A stretch of DNA of 64,000 nucleotides from Eledone cirrhosa (GCA_964016885.1 OZ024740.1:214210001-214274000), one strand, 5' to 3'. Shown: positions 11,110-26,198, counted from the stretch's first letter. Translations and numbers: made by a program. Notes: generated by a model not told the origin, from the sequence alone.

Positions 11110-14100
11110 TAGCAGTTTAGCCCGGTGTTGCTCGGGTTTTTGTTACGAACCAATTAGCATTTTGGACAATCAATGATTGGTTAATAATCTTCCAATAGCG
11201 AATTTAGTAGACCAAAGTTGCAAGATGGTGGCCCTGATACCGCTGGGTGACCCCTACCAGTTTTCCAGACGGCATTTCTCCCATGGCCAACTTTATGTTG
11301 CCTGTTCCCGCGTAGGGAGCAGGAATGGACTTTTTGCTTACACTCCTCAAGGGATGATACGCAATATCGTCTACAAAGAGGTGTTATAGATGCTGGAGGT
11401 GTTGGACCTCCAACACCTGCACCAACATCTATAGCACCTCTTTATAGACGAGGAGTGTAAGAAAAAAGTCCATTCCTGCTCCCTACGCGGGAACAGGCAA
11501 CATAAATTGGCCATGTGAGAAGCCTGGCTCCCCCAAATGGATGCCCCCACCGACAATGTTTGCCCTTGTGACTTGTTAATGGACATGGCAAAACATGGGC
11601 TCACCGGGAATTGGGATAACCGGAAATCGGACGGGATATCTGACGCCAAGGGGAAAAGGTTCATCCTTGGAATCAAAACATTCTCCCCTCTAACGCACCC
11701 CGTTACAATGGTGGCCTCAATCAAGTGGGGGCGTCAGTGACTTGACGACCATGCGAGTACCGTTGCACTGCTTTGGTGGACGCAAGTTCCTTATTAGCAT
11801 AATGGGACAGCCAACCCTAAGCTTAAGAATGTGAGGTGGGAGCCCTGGGGGCTCAAGGGAATTTAATAACTCAACCGGATAATTAACGATATCGTCGGGG
11901 TCTGACGTCCGGTCGTTAGATTTGAAGATGTGCTCTTTACCGGGAATCTTCTCAATCAGCTGCTCGTTAATAAAATTAACCATGGTATTTTTCGGAGCAA
12001 GGATGGCTCTTTCGCTGAGCCAATCGAGGTTTTTAAAGTTAGATGAGACATTAGGAAAAACTGCTTCCCAAAGGTCAGAAGGGCTGCTCACAATGTTGCA
12101 CAGGGAGTCAATTGCTATGCCACTCTTGTCTTCCGCAGGGACCTTGCCCTCACTAAGTGCTAAAATGTTCTGAGCAAATGCTACAGCCATGTTGTCATCA
12201 TGCAAATGAGCACGCATATTTGTGCTCAGGTACAAACTCTTCACCTGAAGCCACAACATGGACGACTTAAGGCAGGCACGCACTTCACCAGCTCTTGTCT
12301 CTTTGGGGATGACAGGAAGCGTTTGCCGAAAATTCCCTGACAGCAGAAGGGTTACGCCACCCAGAGGAGCCGTAGAATCCCTAATGTCTTTCAGAGTCTT
12401 GTCCAATGCCTCAAGGGCACCCTTGTGTGCCATTGTGCACTCATCCCAAACAATGAGGCAACATTTTTTGAGAACCAGAGCTTCGTGTGAACTCTTGCTG
12501 ATATTGCATGTTGGTGTCTCAGTTTTTACTAAATCCAAGGGGAGTTTAAAGGTTGAATGTGCTGTCCTGCCTCCCGGCAGCAAAGTAGCAGCGATCCCGG
12601 ACGATGCAACGGCCAACGCAAATTTTTTTTTCCTGACGAATCTTAGCGAGAATCAATTTCGTTACAAAAGTTTTTCCGGTACTCCCAGGAGCATCGAGAA
12701 AGTAAATACCCCCAGTCTGATTTTGAACCGCGTCAATGACAGTTAAATAGGCCAACCTTTGGTCCGACAGACGTGTGGGCTCATTTTCCTCTAAGTATTG
12801 GGAAAGAGATTCGATGTCATATGCTGTTTCCCGCAACAAATCCAGGGCCAACGTGTTAGCTTCCTCTCTGGGGTTGACGGCAAGCCATACGTTGCCAATT
12901 CACTCCCACCCATGTCGAGGAGGGCGTCCTCGATATCAATGAGTACCCTGTTGTAGATAATGTCGCTGTAACCAACTTCCACTGAAGTATACTGCAGATG
13001 AGCCAGGCGCAGGAAGTCCTCAGACATGAAGTCTCTGTACTTGACCCATAAAGATTTGGGATCACCCTATTCACACTTTTGAAGCAAAATGGCAAAGAGT
13101 TCCCGTAGACCTTTAGGTGATTTCAACAAAGCACCCTCTGCTAAGTGGAATCCCATTGCGAATCATCTTCCAAAAGACCACGCTTAAAGCAGGCTTCCCA
13201 GTGCGTATCACATATTTCTCCATCAACAGTTTTGAGGTCCTGAAAACTTTGTGGGCCTACAACTTCATGCAGAAGAAGGCGGAGATGAAGCACGCATGCT
13301 GACTTGGGGGCACAGTGTAAACCCTTCCAAGACAGCTGTCAGATTTTACACCAGGTGTCTTTCAACAGCCTGACCTGACTTTCTTCGCACCCAAGTGTTT
13401 TTCGACCATATAAAGTAGGATGGAACCTGGGGGTACACAATTGTTTGCGCAAATGTATCGAACTGGCAAAGTTTGAAGAAACCCGTCAGAGTGGTCTCTT
13501 TCGGATCGGCGGCCAACTTGCCGGCGGTTTGGTCCGTAAAGTACACCCTTTGCCCATTTTCCAAATGTACCGCAAGATGTACGATGTCGTGGTGACGTTG
13601 GTTTAGGGGTAAACCAAATAGGCGCCAAAAAGCTTCATTGCTACTGATGTACCGTCCCGCCAGGTATTCTGTGACCTCGTCCCTGCTATTTTCAGCTTGA
13701 AATGCGAACATTGCGGCACCAGAGCCCTTATTTACATATTTGCATATGTATTTTATCGACTTGTCGGAGTTGCAAAACTCAACGTTGATGTGGGCGTTGA
13801 ACATCTTCAAGAGAAGCGGGCAGTAAGGGACCACCCATCTATTGTCGACTTGACCCCTCTTTACTGTTGTGGTGAAGCCACCGTTCTCGGGCCGTCTCCG
13901 CATGTACAGGGGGTACCCGTCGCCACCAGTCTGAGTCTGGTCAACAAATTTTTTGGGGTATCCCTTACTGCACGACCCCCCCCCCCCTTTCAGACATGTG
14001 TGATGCTAATCAGGACCCGACGCACACGGACCATGTTAGCTTTGACGATGTCATGTAATTCCTGGTCAGTTGCTTGGTTAGGGATTTCAGCCGAAATGAA

Positions 14101-14280
14101 GCTGTCTATGGCATTTCAATTGATTTTATCAGCTAACCAAATCGAAATGTGAGCATGTGATAGCCCTCGTATTTCGACGGTGAACATGTCACATTTTACA
14201 GCCCAAAATACCTGACAGTTTTTTATTAAAGCCACGAGTTTAGCCAGTTTCAGTCTGAACACTCTGGCAATGAGGTCATA
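11109..14280 (-). mobile_element. Helitron, 5'-truncated and decayed
   Basis: 3' hairpin cccgagcaacaccggg followed by CTAG|T at 11109; Rep and Pif1 helicase coding remnants. Confidence 0.95.
11450..14280 (-). pseudogene. Helitron Rep-helicase, frameshifted
   Basis: HUH motif (TVEIRGLSHAHI), DNRWVVPY, SIKYICKYVNKG, DAPGSTGKTF, SSGIAATLLPGGRTAHSTFKLP, IVWDECTM, GNFRQTLPVI, AMSINKSQGQT spread over several frames. Confidence 0.95.
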
Positions 14281-14753
14281 ATTTTGACTAATATTGATAT
14301 TGACTAATTTTGATATAATATATAAGTATAATTAGCTTAACCATAATCAAATACAAGAGATATTCAATGGTTTATGGTAATTGATTGGTTGCCTCAATTG
14401 ACTTAATATTTGAAAACAACGGTTTTTTTCTATATATCCTAACATATATTTTATGTTCCCCCTCTTATGTCGTTAGTTCTCCTTTCTTCTTCCTTTTATT
14501 TATTTTTATTCATTTAAATATTTATGTATGTATTTATTTATTTTTTCTTATTTCTTTCTTTCTTTTTCTTGCCTTCCTCCTCTTTACACCCTCTCTTATA
14601 TCTCTAATGCGCACCATGTCCTTTTCTTCTTTATGTTTATCATATTATTATTTGTAATTATATAAATGTTGAGATTTGATGAAATAAATCACTGCCAGTA
14701 CAGGAATTGAAATATCAAGACCGTAGAGGTATGACATATATCAAATCATATAG

Positions 14754-14813
14754 TTTATCTGACGAGGACATATTGAAAAAACAACACAGTACCTTCGAAA
14801 TATACATAATAAA
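14754..14813 (+). ncRNA. Type I hammerhead motif at the end of a CT-rich, PLE-3'UTR-like segment (about 14320-14865)
   Basis: tttat-CTGACGA-gga...ttc-GAAA-tataca-TA-ataaa. Confidence 0.65.
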
Positions 14814-14858
14814 GCATATATTTTGATTATGTGAATATCTTCATTTGTTAATACTTTG

Positions 14859-14889
<31 letters not shown>

Positions 14890-15024
14890 AGCAAAAAGGA
14901 TATCTAATTTGTTGGTAATTCAACAAATATATATATTTATAACTGATTCGAAGCACTCGACAGATTTCTGGAGTATAATATCAATGATATTAATAAATGG
15001 AAACTATATTTATAAAACCATATT

Positions 15025-15085
15025 TATTCTATTATATATATTTCATGGGTACCAAAACTTTGGTACGCCCTCATCAGATAAAATA
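15025..15085 (-). ncRNA. Type I hammerhead motif
   Basis: Minus strand tattttat-CTGATGA-gggcgtacc aaagtttt ggtaccc at-GAAA-tatata-TA-atagaata. Confidence 0.75.
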
Positions 15086-15469
15086 CAAAGTTTGTTTTAT
15101 AAATATTGATATATCCAGGAACGAGATCTTAATGGTTCAAGTTTTTCAGGAAACACGAAGGCTGCGTGGTCAGAAGCAAAACACGTGCTCTAGGAAACGA
15201 AGGAGCGAAAGCAGTCAGCTGGGCCCGAGTGGCGGAGGCAAAATGTGGCAACAAGTCCACGATTCGGTCTTTGAAAGACTGAAGAGGACACAGCCAATGA
15301 TGGCTGTCACCGAAATATATATAGCAGTACATCTTTAATAAACGAAGCCAAATTTTAAATATTTGACTTAATTATTTTACATTACTCCGGAGTAGAGTAA
15401 CCAAACCAACCAGCGTACTTGGTCGAGTGTTCCAATTTGCATACTGAAGTGTCGGTAAACAACCAACAT

Positions 15470-16041
<572 letters not shown>

Positions 16042-16221
16042 TGTTAGAAAGCAACCGATAGATAGATAGCAACCGATAGATAGATAGAAAGGGGTGAGAG
16101 TGAAAGAGAGTGGGAAAGAGAAAAAGATATATATATATATCGACAGTCGATCGACTTTCGTTAAATCAGACGAAGGGTCTTTCCAATTGCTAATACTATC
16201 TATCGGTCGCAACTCCATGTA

Positions 16222-16340
16222 GAAGGAGCAACGTGAAATAAAGTGTCTTGCTCAAGGATATAACGCATCGCCCGGTCCGGGAATCGAACTCACAACCTCA
16301 CGATTGCGAATCAAAATCTCTAACCACTCAGCCACGCGCT
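16222..16340 (-). mobile_element. tRNA-derived SINE head, second family (S2)
   Basis: Minus: gcgcgtggctgagtggttag (A box), gagttcgattccc (B box), ccttgagcaagacacttt; related pieces at 48640-48725 and 63485-63540. Confidence 0.8.
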
Positions 16341-16401
<61 letters not shown>

Positions 16402-16478
16402 GGGGCGAAATGGGGTGAGATATATATATAGATAGATAGATAGAGAGAGAAAGAGTGGGAGAGATAGAGAGACAAAGA

Positions 16479-16514
<36 letters not shown>

Positions 16515-16539
16515 AATAGAGAGAGAGAGAAAGAGAATG

Positions 16540-16574
<35 letters not shown>

Positions 16575-17877
16575 GAGAGAGAGTTAGAGAGAGAAAGCAA
16601 CAAAGATAAAGGGAGTGAGAGAGAGACCGGAAGAGAGTGAAAGAGAGTGGGAAAAGGAGAGAGAGGGGGAGGGAGAAATGGGGTGAGAGAGAGAGAGAGA
16701 CAGAGAGAGAGTGAGACACAGAGAAAGAGAAAGAGTGGGAGAGATAGAGAGAGAGACAAAGAAAGAGAGAGATAGATAGATAGAGAGAGAAATAGAGAGA
16801 GAAAGAGAAGTGAGGGGGGGGGGGGGGGTAAGCTTTATGATGTCGACCTCGACGGCTTTCGGCGTTCGTGTTATTTAATATATCTTATATCTTCGACTAT
16901 GAGAGGTCAATAATAAATTCATTCAATGCCTGTGAGGTCGATAGTAAACTCATTCAAAGTGTTTTTTTTTATAAAATTCTATTCTAATAGAATCAGAAAT
17001 TTATAGAATATTTTCCTATGATCTTATGCTACACTGGGTGTGTGTTTGAATTTCCAATGTTTTATTTATTTTGCTTTCTGTAGTAGTTCTAGGTTTTGTT
17101 CTTCTGGGGAGGTCCACAGTGTGTTCTATATTGTATTAAGATTGACTATCATTTCAAATAAAATGTTTTTAATATACTGCTATTGTTGTTATTTTTCTTT
17201 AGCGGAAGTCTATCCTGATAATGGAGATATATGATCGGAGACCGTTGGAAACAATCCTGACGAACGCCTCAATATATTATACTTTTCGGGAGGTGGAGTG
17301 GCTGTTTCAGTGCATCTTCCTAGCAGTCCTCCGTGGCAATACATTCTCCACAGGCGGAGGGCAAGTTAGATGGTGGTGGAGGATACTCGTTCGGATGTCA
17401 CTTCTACAACTAAATATATTTAATTTATACAACTGTTAACCTAGGCGCAAAGTATGTTGTCCGACGCTCTACCGATGCTGCCAGTCCACCACCATTGACA
17501 CTATTACGATAAAGCCTATTAGCCACTCAACCTCCAACAAAACGTCGAGTGTTTAATTCTTTAGGATTTCATCTTACGAAAAAGATGAACGAAACATGTT
17601 CATAGACAGTGTGTAATTTGAAGAAGATTTGGCTATTATTTCTAACAGATTGAACGACTACATAGAAACCCTTTCATTGACTAGCATAACAGGAAGCTTG
17701 TTGAAATAGTAATGAGCTGGACTAAATATCTTAGACTAAGGAAGTATGTTTAGAAAACGACGAGCGAAGTGGACATGGTCGGCTCTACGCACGATTATGC
17801 CTCTGGGATCACCGACCTCAGATAACCTCAGTCTCATCGAGCAAGAGCAAGAAGAAGAAAAATAATATATTATAATT

Positions 17878-18645
17878 ATAATTGTTTCTACTCTTGGCAC
17901 AAGGCCACCAATTACCCCAATGTATTACTGGTGCTTTATTTTAACGACTCGGTAAGGATGACAGGCAAAGTAAACCTCGGCGGGATTTGAACTCAGAAAG
18001 CTAAGGGCCATAACTCTTTGTTGCAAAGAATGGTGTCCGACGCTCTACCGATACTGCCAATCCACCGCCCTTTAATATATAATAATTGTTTCTACTTTTG
18101 GCACAAGGCCAGCAATTACCCAGTGTATTACTGGTACTTTATTTTACACTGGGTAATTGCTGGCCTTGTGCCAAAAGTAGAAACAATTATACTTTTGGTA
18201 CCAGGCCAGCAATTACCCAGTGTAAAATATATAATAATTGTTTCTACTTTAGGCACAAGGCCAGCAATTATGCCAGTGTATTACTGGTACTTTATTTTAT
18301 CGACCCCGTAAGGATGAAAGGCAAAGCTAACCTCGGCGAGATTTGAACTCAGATCATAAAGGACCGTAACTCTATGCTGCAAAGCATGGCGTCCGACCCT
18401 CTACCGATACTGCCAATTCACGGTTTCTTATATAGGCACAAGGCCAGCAATTCTGGGGGAGGGAAAAGTCGATTAAAATCGGCCCCAGTGTATTACTGGT
18501 ACTTTATTTTATCGACCCTGTAAGCATGAAAGGCAAAGTTAACCTCGGCGGGATTTGAACTCAGATCATAAAGGGCCATAACTCTATGCTGCAAAGCATG
18601 GCGTCCGACGCTCTACCGATACTGCCAATCCACCGCCCTTTAATA
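17878..18645 (-). mobile_element. Tandem array of S1 SINEs with an internal fold-back
   Basis: Copies at about 17878-18070, 18232-18420 and 18435-18638; inverted tail duplication 18081-18230. Confidence 0.85.
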
Positions 18646-18929
18646 TATAATAATAATAATAATAATAATATTAATAAGGAGCAGGAAGGAAGTGTCAATA
18701 TAACATCATTACGTTTATTCACACATAAAGCAAATTTCGCAATCGATCAGCTTAAGGTACGGTCAATAGAGATTGAGTCAGGAATTGATACCTCATCAAA
18801 CTTGTGGTTTAACACTCTGCTTCTTAAGACTACCGACAATAGTGAAATACAAAACGTTGCCGGACCCTTATAAGAATTGAGTGCTGAAACTGGTGAACCA
18901 ATAATAACTAAACATTATACACCAATACA

Positions 18930-18971
<42 letters not shown>

Positions 18972-19060
18972 GAAAATTGTTTCATATTACCCACTCTACT
19001 ACCCAAATATCAAGTACTCTGGTGAGTAATGGTCTAACTGGTTTTTACCGCCTCTAATCT

Positions 19061-19175
<115 letters not shown>

Positions 19176-19195
19176 TATATTCCTACACGGAACAA

Positions 19196-19284
19196 AAGGG
19201 CTACCTAAGGTTTCAAGTCCCAATATTGACCATATCTCCAGATTTTAAGAGGGATCAAATTTGTGACATAGTCTTTAGGCGCTT
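19196..19284 (-). ncRNA. Degenerate hammerhead motif (G5A)
   Basis: Minus: aagcgc-CTAAAGA-...-GAAA-ccttagg-TA-gccctt. Confidence 0.45.
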
Positions 19285-19634
19285 AAACCAAGACTAAATA
19301 CACATACACACACAAATACACATACACACACAAATATATATATATGAACATACGCATATATATACATAGATTCATACATACATACATAAATATATATATA
19401 ATTACACATACACAGACACAAACACACAGACGAACACACACACACACTTATTGATATATTTATAATGTGAACAAAGTAAATGGTAGAGAAGGTATTAGTG
19501 AAAGTCGACTATGTTTCCTTTACTTCAAAGTGGTGTTTGTTTCAGCGTGAAAGTTGACTCAATGGAAGCATAGTCAGCTTTACTATGACATAATATATTG
19601 ATATGTAAGTCATGTATGTGTGTGTTGATGCGGG

Positions 19635-19678
<44 letters not shown>

Positions 19679-19682
<4 letters not shown>

Positions 19683-20072
19683 AAAGAATAGAGGTGTAAC
19701 ACACAAGTTATTATATATTGGTAAACGGAATAGAAAATGCTGACAAATTGTTCACAGTTGAAAAATGGTTTAATTAGGAATAAAAGAGTATTAGTGATTG
19801 TATGGGTTAGTATTCAGTTGTGGTTTTAAGTTTTTAAGTTTTTACCGGTTGCGCATTTCTAAATGCTTTTCAAAAATAATTTTGAGATAGAGTGTCCGTG
19901 CTGTTTGCTCTGATCTGATTAGTTTTGGGAATTCTACCTGTTTTTATGTTAAAAAAGTGGCTCCAGCAAAAATTCTTGTGGTCAAAACAATTTTGATTGG
20001 TCGATAGAGGTCATGTGAATAAAAAATTGGTTTTGCGCCAAGATTGAGAAATGACTCTTTCACAACAAATAT

Positions 20073-20168
<96 letters not shown>

Positions 20169-21721
20169 TAGTAGTAGTAAGGTGTTCGATGTTGTGATAA
20201 TGGTTAGCAGCGATGTGTGTCAAATGGCTATTAAGATAAGTGTGTGTGTGTGTGTGTGTGTGTGTGTAGCAGAGTAATTTGTGGTGGCAGGGATGGTCAG
20301 TAAGAATGTGTCTGAAAGCAATGGGGGGGATTTTAGCATGTCAAAAGATATTTTTCAGCTTTTGTCTTATACGGAGAAGTGTGTGTGTGTGTGTGTGTGT
20401 ATATATAAGTCTCTTTGTATGTTGATGTACGCGTGTGTATGTGTGTGTGTATATATGTGTGTGTGTGTGTGTGTGGGTGGACCAGTATTTTTCCCCCCCT
20501 AGTAAAATTGTGTACATTATTCGATTTTTTCAGTAAAATCGGTTCTCTTAATAGAACATAAAAAATCTTAACAAAAAAAGGTGTGAAATGATATTCACTA
20601 TATACATATACACATACATATATTCACTATATATATATATATATATATATACATATATACATATATATATGCACATATATTTTTTTGTGTTGTACCATAG
20701 AGCATGTGTGTTTACGTATGTCATTGTGTTTATATGTGGGTAGAGATGTGTGCTGATGTAGGTATGTATGTTGACGTGTGTATGTTGTGGGTTCGTCTTA
20801 GGGAGAAGTGTTTAGACGGGGTCCGTATTTGTTAATGAAGTAAGATTCCTTGCTGATGCGCTGGGTGTGGGTGGCATTATCTTTAAATTTGTAGAGGGGA
20901 AAGATTCTGAAGTTGGGATGATTTTGGGCGGCACAAGTATCAATGTGTTCACTCAGTGGTATTTTCCTGTATTCCCGTATTTTGATTTGGGATCTATGGA
21001 CAGTCATGCATTGGCGGAGGCTGTTTTTGGTCTGGCCTATGTATTGTTCTCGACAACCTGGGGTCGGTGTGAATTTAAGACCTTTGGAGAGTAAGTTGAT
21101 AAGGTTGGGTGTTGGTTCTGCACTAGTAAAATTGATAATTTTTATTACTATCGGTTTCTCCTCCCTGTCTTGTGTTATTTTGTTTGCCTATATCTGTGTG
21201 CTGTGTCTAAAAAATGGTTGGGGTAGAGGGGTTGTCTGCTGATGTTAAGTGGTCTCCTGTGTTTGTTATATTACTTGTTGTTGTAAAATGTGGTTCGGGT
21301 TGGTGGTTGTAGATTGAATGGGGTGTTCCTGTACTGCGAGTATGGGTGTGTGTTTCTATGTGCCATGTTGTATTGTGGTGTTATAAGTGGCCTACGTTGT
21401 TGGTTGTATCGTGTGGTGTGGGTTTGTTGTGTATTGTGGAAGCGACAGTTGAGAAAATGGTAATTACCTTGCTGTCCCCTTGAAGCGGGGAAGTTGTTAC
21501 ATCTATCATGACGGTGGTATCTTTTCCCTATGTTTGACGATGAGGCATCCGCGTAGTAGTTGAGTGATTTGGTATGGTGTCTCCTTGAAGGGGGAAAGTT
21601 GTAAATGTCATTCTGGGGGAGATGATTTCTTGGGTTTTTGTTCCTTCTTATGGTAGCGAGGTTGGGAAGTTCATCTTCATGGTGCAACACAAAAAAATAT
21701 ATGTGCACATATATATATGTA

Positions 21722-21811
<90 letters not shown>

Positions 21812-22162
21812 ATATATGTATGTGTATATGTATATAGTGAATATCATTTCACACCTTTTTTTGTTAAGATTTTTGATGTTCTATTAAGAGAACCGATTTT
21901 ACTGAAAAAATCGAATAATGTACACCATTTTACCAGGGGGAAAAAAATACTGGTCCACCCCCCCACACACACACACACACATATATACACACACACATAC
22001 ACACGCGTACATCAACATACAAAGAGACTTATATATACACACACACACGCACTTCTCCGTATAAGACAAAAGCTGAAAAATATCTTTTGATATGCTAAAA
22101 TAGCCCCCATTGCTTTCAGACACATTCTTACTGACCATCCCTGCCACCACAAATTACTCTGC

Positions 22163-22193
<31 letters not shown>

Positions 22194-22270
22194 TTACCTT
22201 AATAGCCATTTGACACACATCGCTGCTAACCATTATCACAACATCGAACACCTTACTACTACTACTACTA

Positions 22271-22348
<78 letters not shown>

Positions 22349-22699
22349 TTGTTGTGAAAGAGTCATTTCTCAATCTTGGCGCAAAACCAATTTTTTATTC
22401 ACATGACCTCTACCGACCAATCAAAATTGTTTTGACCACAAGAAATTTTGCAAATTGGAGCCACTTTTTTAACATAAAAACAGGTAGAATTCCCAAAACT
22501 AATCAGATCAGAGCAAACAGCACGGACACTCTATCTCAAAATTATTTTTGAAAAGCATTTAGAAATGCGCAACCGGTAAAAACTTAAAAACTTAAAACCA
22601 CAACTGAATACTAACCCATACAATCACTAATACTCTTTTATTCCTAATTAAACCATTTTTCAACTGTGAACAATTTGTCAGCATTTTCTATTCCGTTTA

Positions 22700-22707
<8 letters not shown>
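19679..22707 (-). mobile_element. Penelope-like element, 5'-truncated, with about 1-kb inverted arms (19716-20698 / 21679-22707) and about 37-bp tail
   Basis: Spacer encodes a GIY-YIG C-terminus on the minus strand (EQYIGQTKNSLRQCMTVHRSQIK...KESYFINKYGPRLN); another terminal piece at 23495-23676. Confidence 0.85.
20798..21060 (-). pseudogene. PLE GIY-YIG endonuclease fragment
   Basis: YIGQT...H...E.YFI.K..P.LN motif. Confidence 0.8.
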
Positions 22708-22774
<67 letters not shown>

Positions 22775-22954
22775 CCACAATATGTATATATATATAAAGA
22801 ATGATTAATAAAACAGGTAGACATCATAAAAAGGTAATTTATTCCATGTTCTTTTGCAACTCGTTGAGTAACCCCACACCGTACGTCGACTCTATCTAGT
22901 GCAGTAACTAACCATCTCTGCATTCAGGATAATCCTAAGCATTTCTTGCATAAC

Positions 22955-23012
<58 letters not shown>

Positions 23013-23119
23013 CACAGGGATATCAAATGCTATCCTAAACAGCGAAGGACTCTTTTGAGTAATGCAGTCAACGGTATTGTTATGAGAGTATTGAAGTTTG
23101 CTTGAAGCATTGTGGAACA

Positions 23120-23223
<104 letters not shown>

Positions 23224-23294
23224 ATTTATATATATACATATTTATATATATATATATATTTATATATATACATATATATATTTATATATATATT

Positions 23295-23328
<34 letters not shown>

Positions 23329-23386
23329 TATATATATATATATATATTTATATATTTATATATATATATTTATATATATATATATT

Positions 23387-23419
<33 letters not shown>

Positions 23420-23432
23420 ATTTATGTATATA

Positions 23433-23498
<66 letters not shown>

Positions 23499-23861
23499 TA
23501 AACGGAAAAGAAAATGCTGACAAATTGTTCACAGTGAAAATAGTTTAATTAGGAATAAGTGAAAATTAGTAATAGTATTGGTTAGTATTCAGTTTTGGTT
23601 TTAAGTTTTACCGGTTGCGCATTTCTAATGCTTTTCAAAAATAATTTTGAGATAGAGCGTCCGTGATGTTTGCTCTAGTCTTCAAATTTATTATTATTAC
23701 TATTTATCCCGCCGAGGTTAACTTTGCCTTTCATCCTTACGGGGTCGATAAAATAAAGTACCAGTAATACAATGGGATAATTGCTGGCCTTGTGCCAAAA
23801 GTAGAAACAATTATTACTATATATATATAAATATATATATATATATTTATGTATATATATT

Positions 23862-23893
<32 letters not shown>

Positions 23894-23980
23894 GTAGATT
23901 AGGGGTATATTTATATATATATATATTTATTAAAATAACAGATTATTAAATAACGAATTTATTATTATTACTATTATTAT

Positions 23981-24021
<41 letters not shown>

Positions 24022-24022
24022 T

Positions 24023-24480
24023 ATATTAAAATAACAGATCTAAGTTTAAGCAAAGAATCGCTGCTTTCACCCTTAACGGGATCTTCTGAAACTAACAAAG
24101 TCAATCTGTAAACGCAGAAGTGGATATTTCAAAAAACGTTGCAACCGGAGGAAGACAGGAAGACGATACTCTGGTTCGTGGAAACGTTCCCTGGCAAAGA
24201 ACGGGAAAAAACGAATATAATACGTCATTAATAGGAGCGGTGAAAAACAATTACACGCAAAGACAGGACCACGTTTATGGTATAAAAGAGGTCGTAGACT
24301 AATGTTCTCTTAGGTGGTTCGTAGAGACGTTCTCTGGCAATGAACGGAAAAAACGAAGATAATACGTCATTAATCTGTTATTTTAATAAATATTTGCTCT
24401 ACGGTTCTTATATATTTGATATATATTTATCCTTATCGAGGCCTCTTTGGATTTTAGTCTTCAAATTTATTATTATTACT
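24023..24480 (+). mobile_element. Fold-back element family F (HHR-like motif in inverted part, 24043-24093 minus)
   Basis: tattaaaataacagat/atctgttattttaata arms; tail shared with 61866-62000 and 55360-55405; minus agttt-CAGAAGA-tcccgttaagggt-GAAA-gca...tgc-TT-aaact, also at about 40355-40402. Confidence 0.55.
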
Positions 24481-24617
24481 ATTTATATATATATATATTT
24501 ATATATATATATATTTCACTTATTTGCTAATGTTTGTTGAGTGAGTTGGAATTTGGCCGGAGTATCGCTAAAAGCTTTCTCCGATGATGTATTTATTTAT
24601 ATATATTTATATTTATA

Positions 24618-24767
24618 AAGAAAAAAAGATGAAATCGAAAATGCAACTGGAGTCTTAAAATAAGACTCCAGTTGCATTTTCCATTTCATCTTTTTTTCTT
24701 GATACTTTCACTCGTGTAGGACACATCGGTTATTTTTCATTTTGTAAAGAAAACCCTCACTTTCTAA
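24618..24767 (+). repeat. Short fold-back (24618-24700) plus unique tail between TA tracts
   Basis: aagaaaaaaagatgaaat.gaaaatgcaactggagtctta / taagactccagttgcattttc.atttcatctttttttctt. Confidence 0.7.
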
Positions 24768-24771
24768 TATA

Positions 24772-25179
<408 letters not shown>

Positions 25180-26198
25180 TAAACAAATAATGAATAAACA
25201 ATTCCTTATATTAAACAAAAAAAGTTCATTATTTAACGATCGTTTCTAGGATATATATGTGTTAGAATTGGTATGCATATTCAACAGATCTATGTACAAA
25301 ATTATACAAAATTATACAAATTATCAAGATTAAATATACATACCAAACACATATATACGCCGTCTTCAGAAATAATGAAGTATATTTATTGATAATAACA
25401 ACAATTCAAAATTTCAGTTCAAAATTGACCAATGAAAACACAAAGGGTTAAATGCAGTTCGGTGTGTGTATATACATGTAAAACCCTTACACATACTTTA
25501 CAAAAATGTATGTATAATTTGTATACGCATACTAAAAGGATGGATGCAAATACAAAATTTCAAGGTTAATGTCTCTGTAAGCTTACAATGCGCAGATAAG
25601 ATGCGCATTGATACTTATGAAATCAAGTATATAAATATATTTTTTTTCATACTCACACATATCAGTACAATCACACGTACACGCGCGTATATGCATAAAT
25701 ATACACATAACCACGAACATACAAACACACACACACCCCCACTCACATTTATATATGTGGATATAAAATCATAAGCACATGGATATTAATTCACTCACAT
25801 AAAACACTGGCACACACATTTTTAGATCAAGATACAGAAATTAGGTGGGAGGGGGGGGGAGGGGTCAGTATTCAATTGTCTGAGCAGACTGCCTAATATA
25901 AATGTATCTATAAATTAAGAAAAATAAAAAAATAAAACAATAAAATATAATAAATATAATATAATATACATACACATACAGATATATAGACATACATACA
26001 TGTACACACACATAGAAATATTTACGCATACACACATACACACATACATATACAGTCATACACACACATACACTTACACGAACATACACATACACATATA
26101 TAAAGATATATATATACACACACGCACACGCAACACATACACACATACACATATATATAAAAAAAATAAATAATAAAGATATATACCTATATATATAT

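Noticed and set aside
11717-12616. Host Pif1 helicase gene
   Set aside because: Intronless, frameshifted, linked to HUH Rep motifs and a Helitron 3' terminus
15129-15332. Possible CRE-like retrotransposon coding fragment
   Set aside because: Only vague resemblance; no diagnostic motif
16222-16340. tRNA gene
   Set aside because: A and B boxes run into a SINE body and no complete cloverleaf is evident; the same applies to S1 heads
18720-18810. Minus-strand TTGATGA...GAAA motif
   Set aside because: Stems I and III do not pair convincingly
22495-22590. Hammerhead in the terminus of the 19679-22707 PLE (GAAAtgcgca)
   Set aside because: No acceptable CUGANGA box with a matching stem I, and no UH after the palindrome
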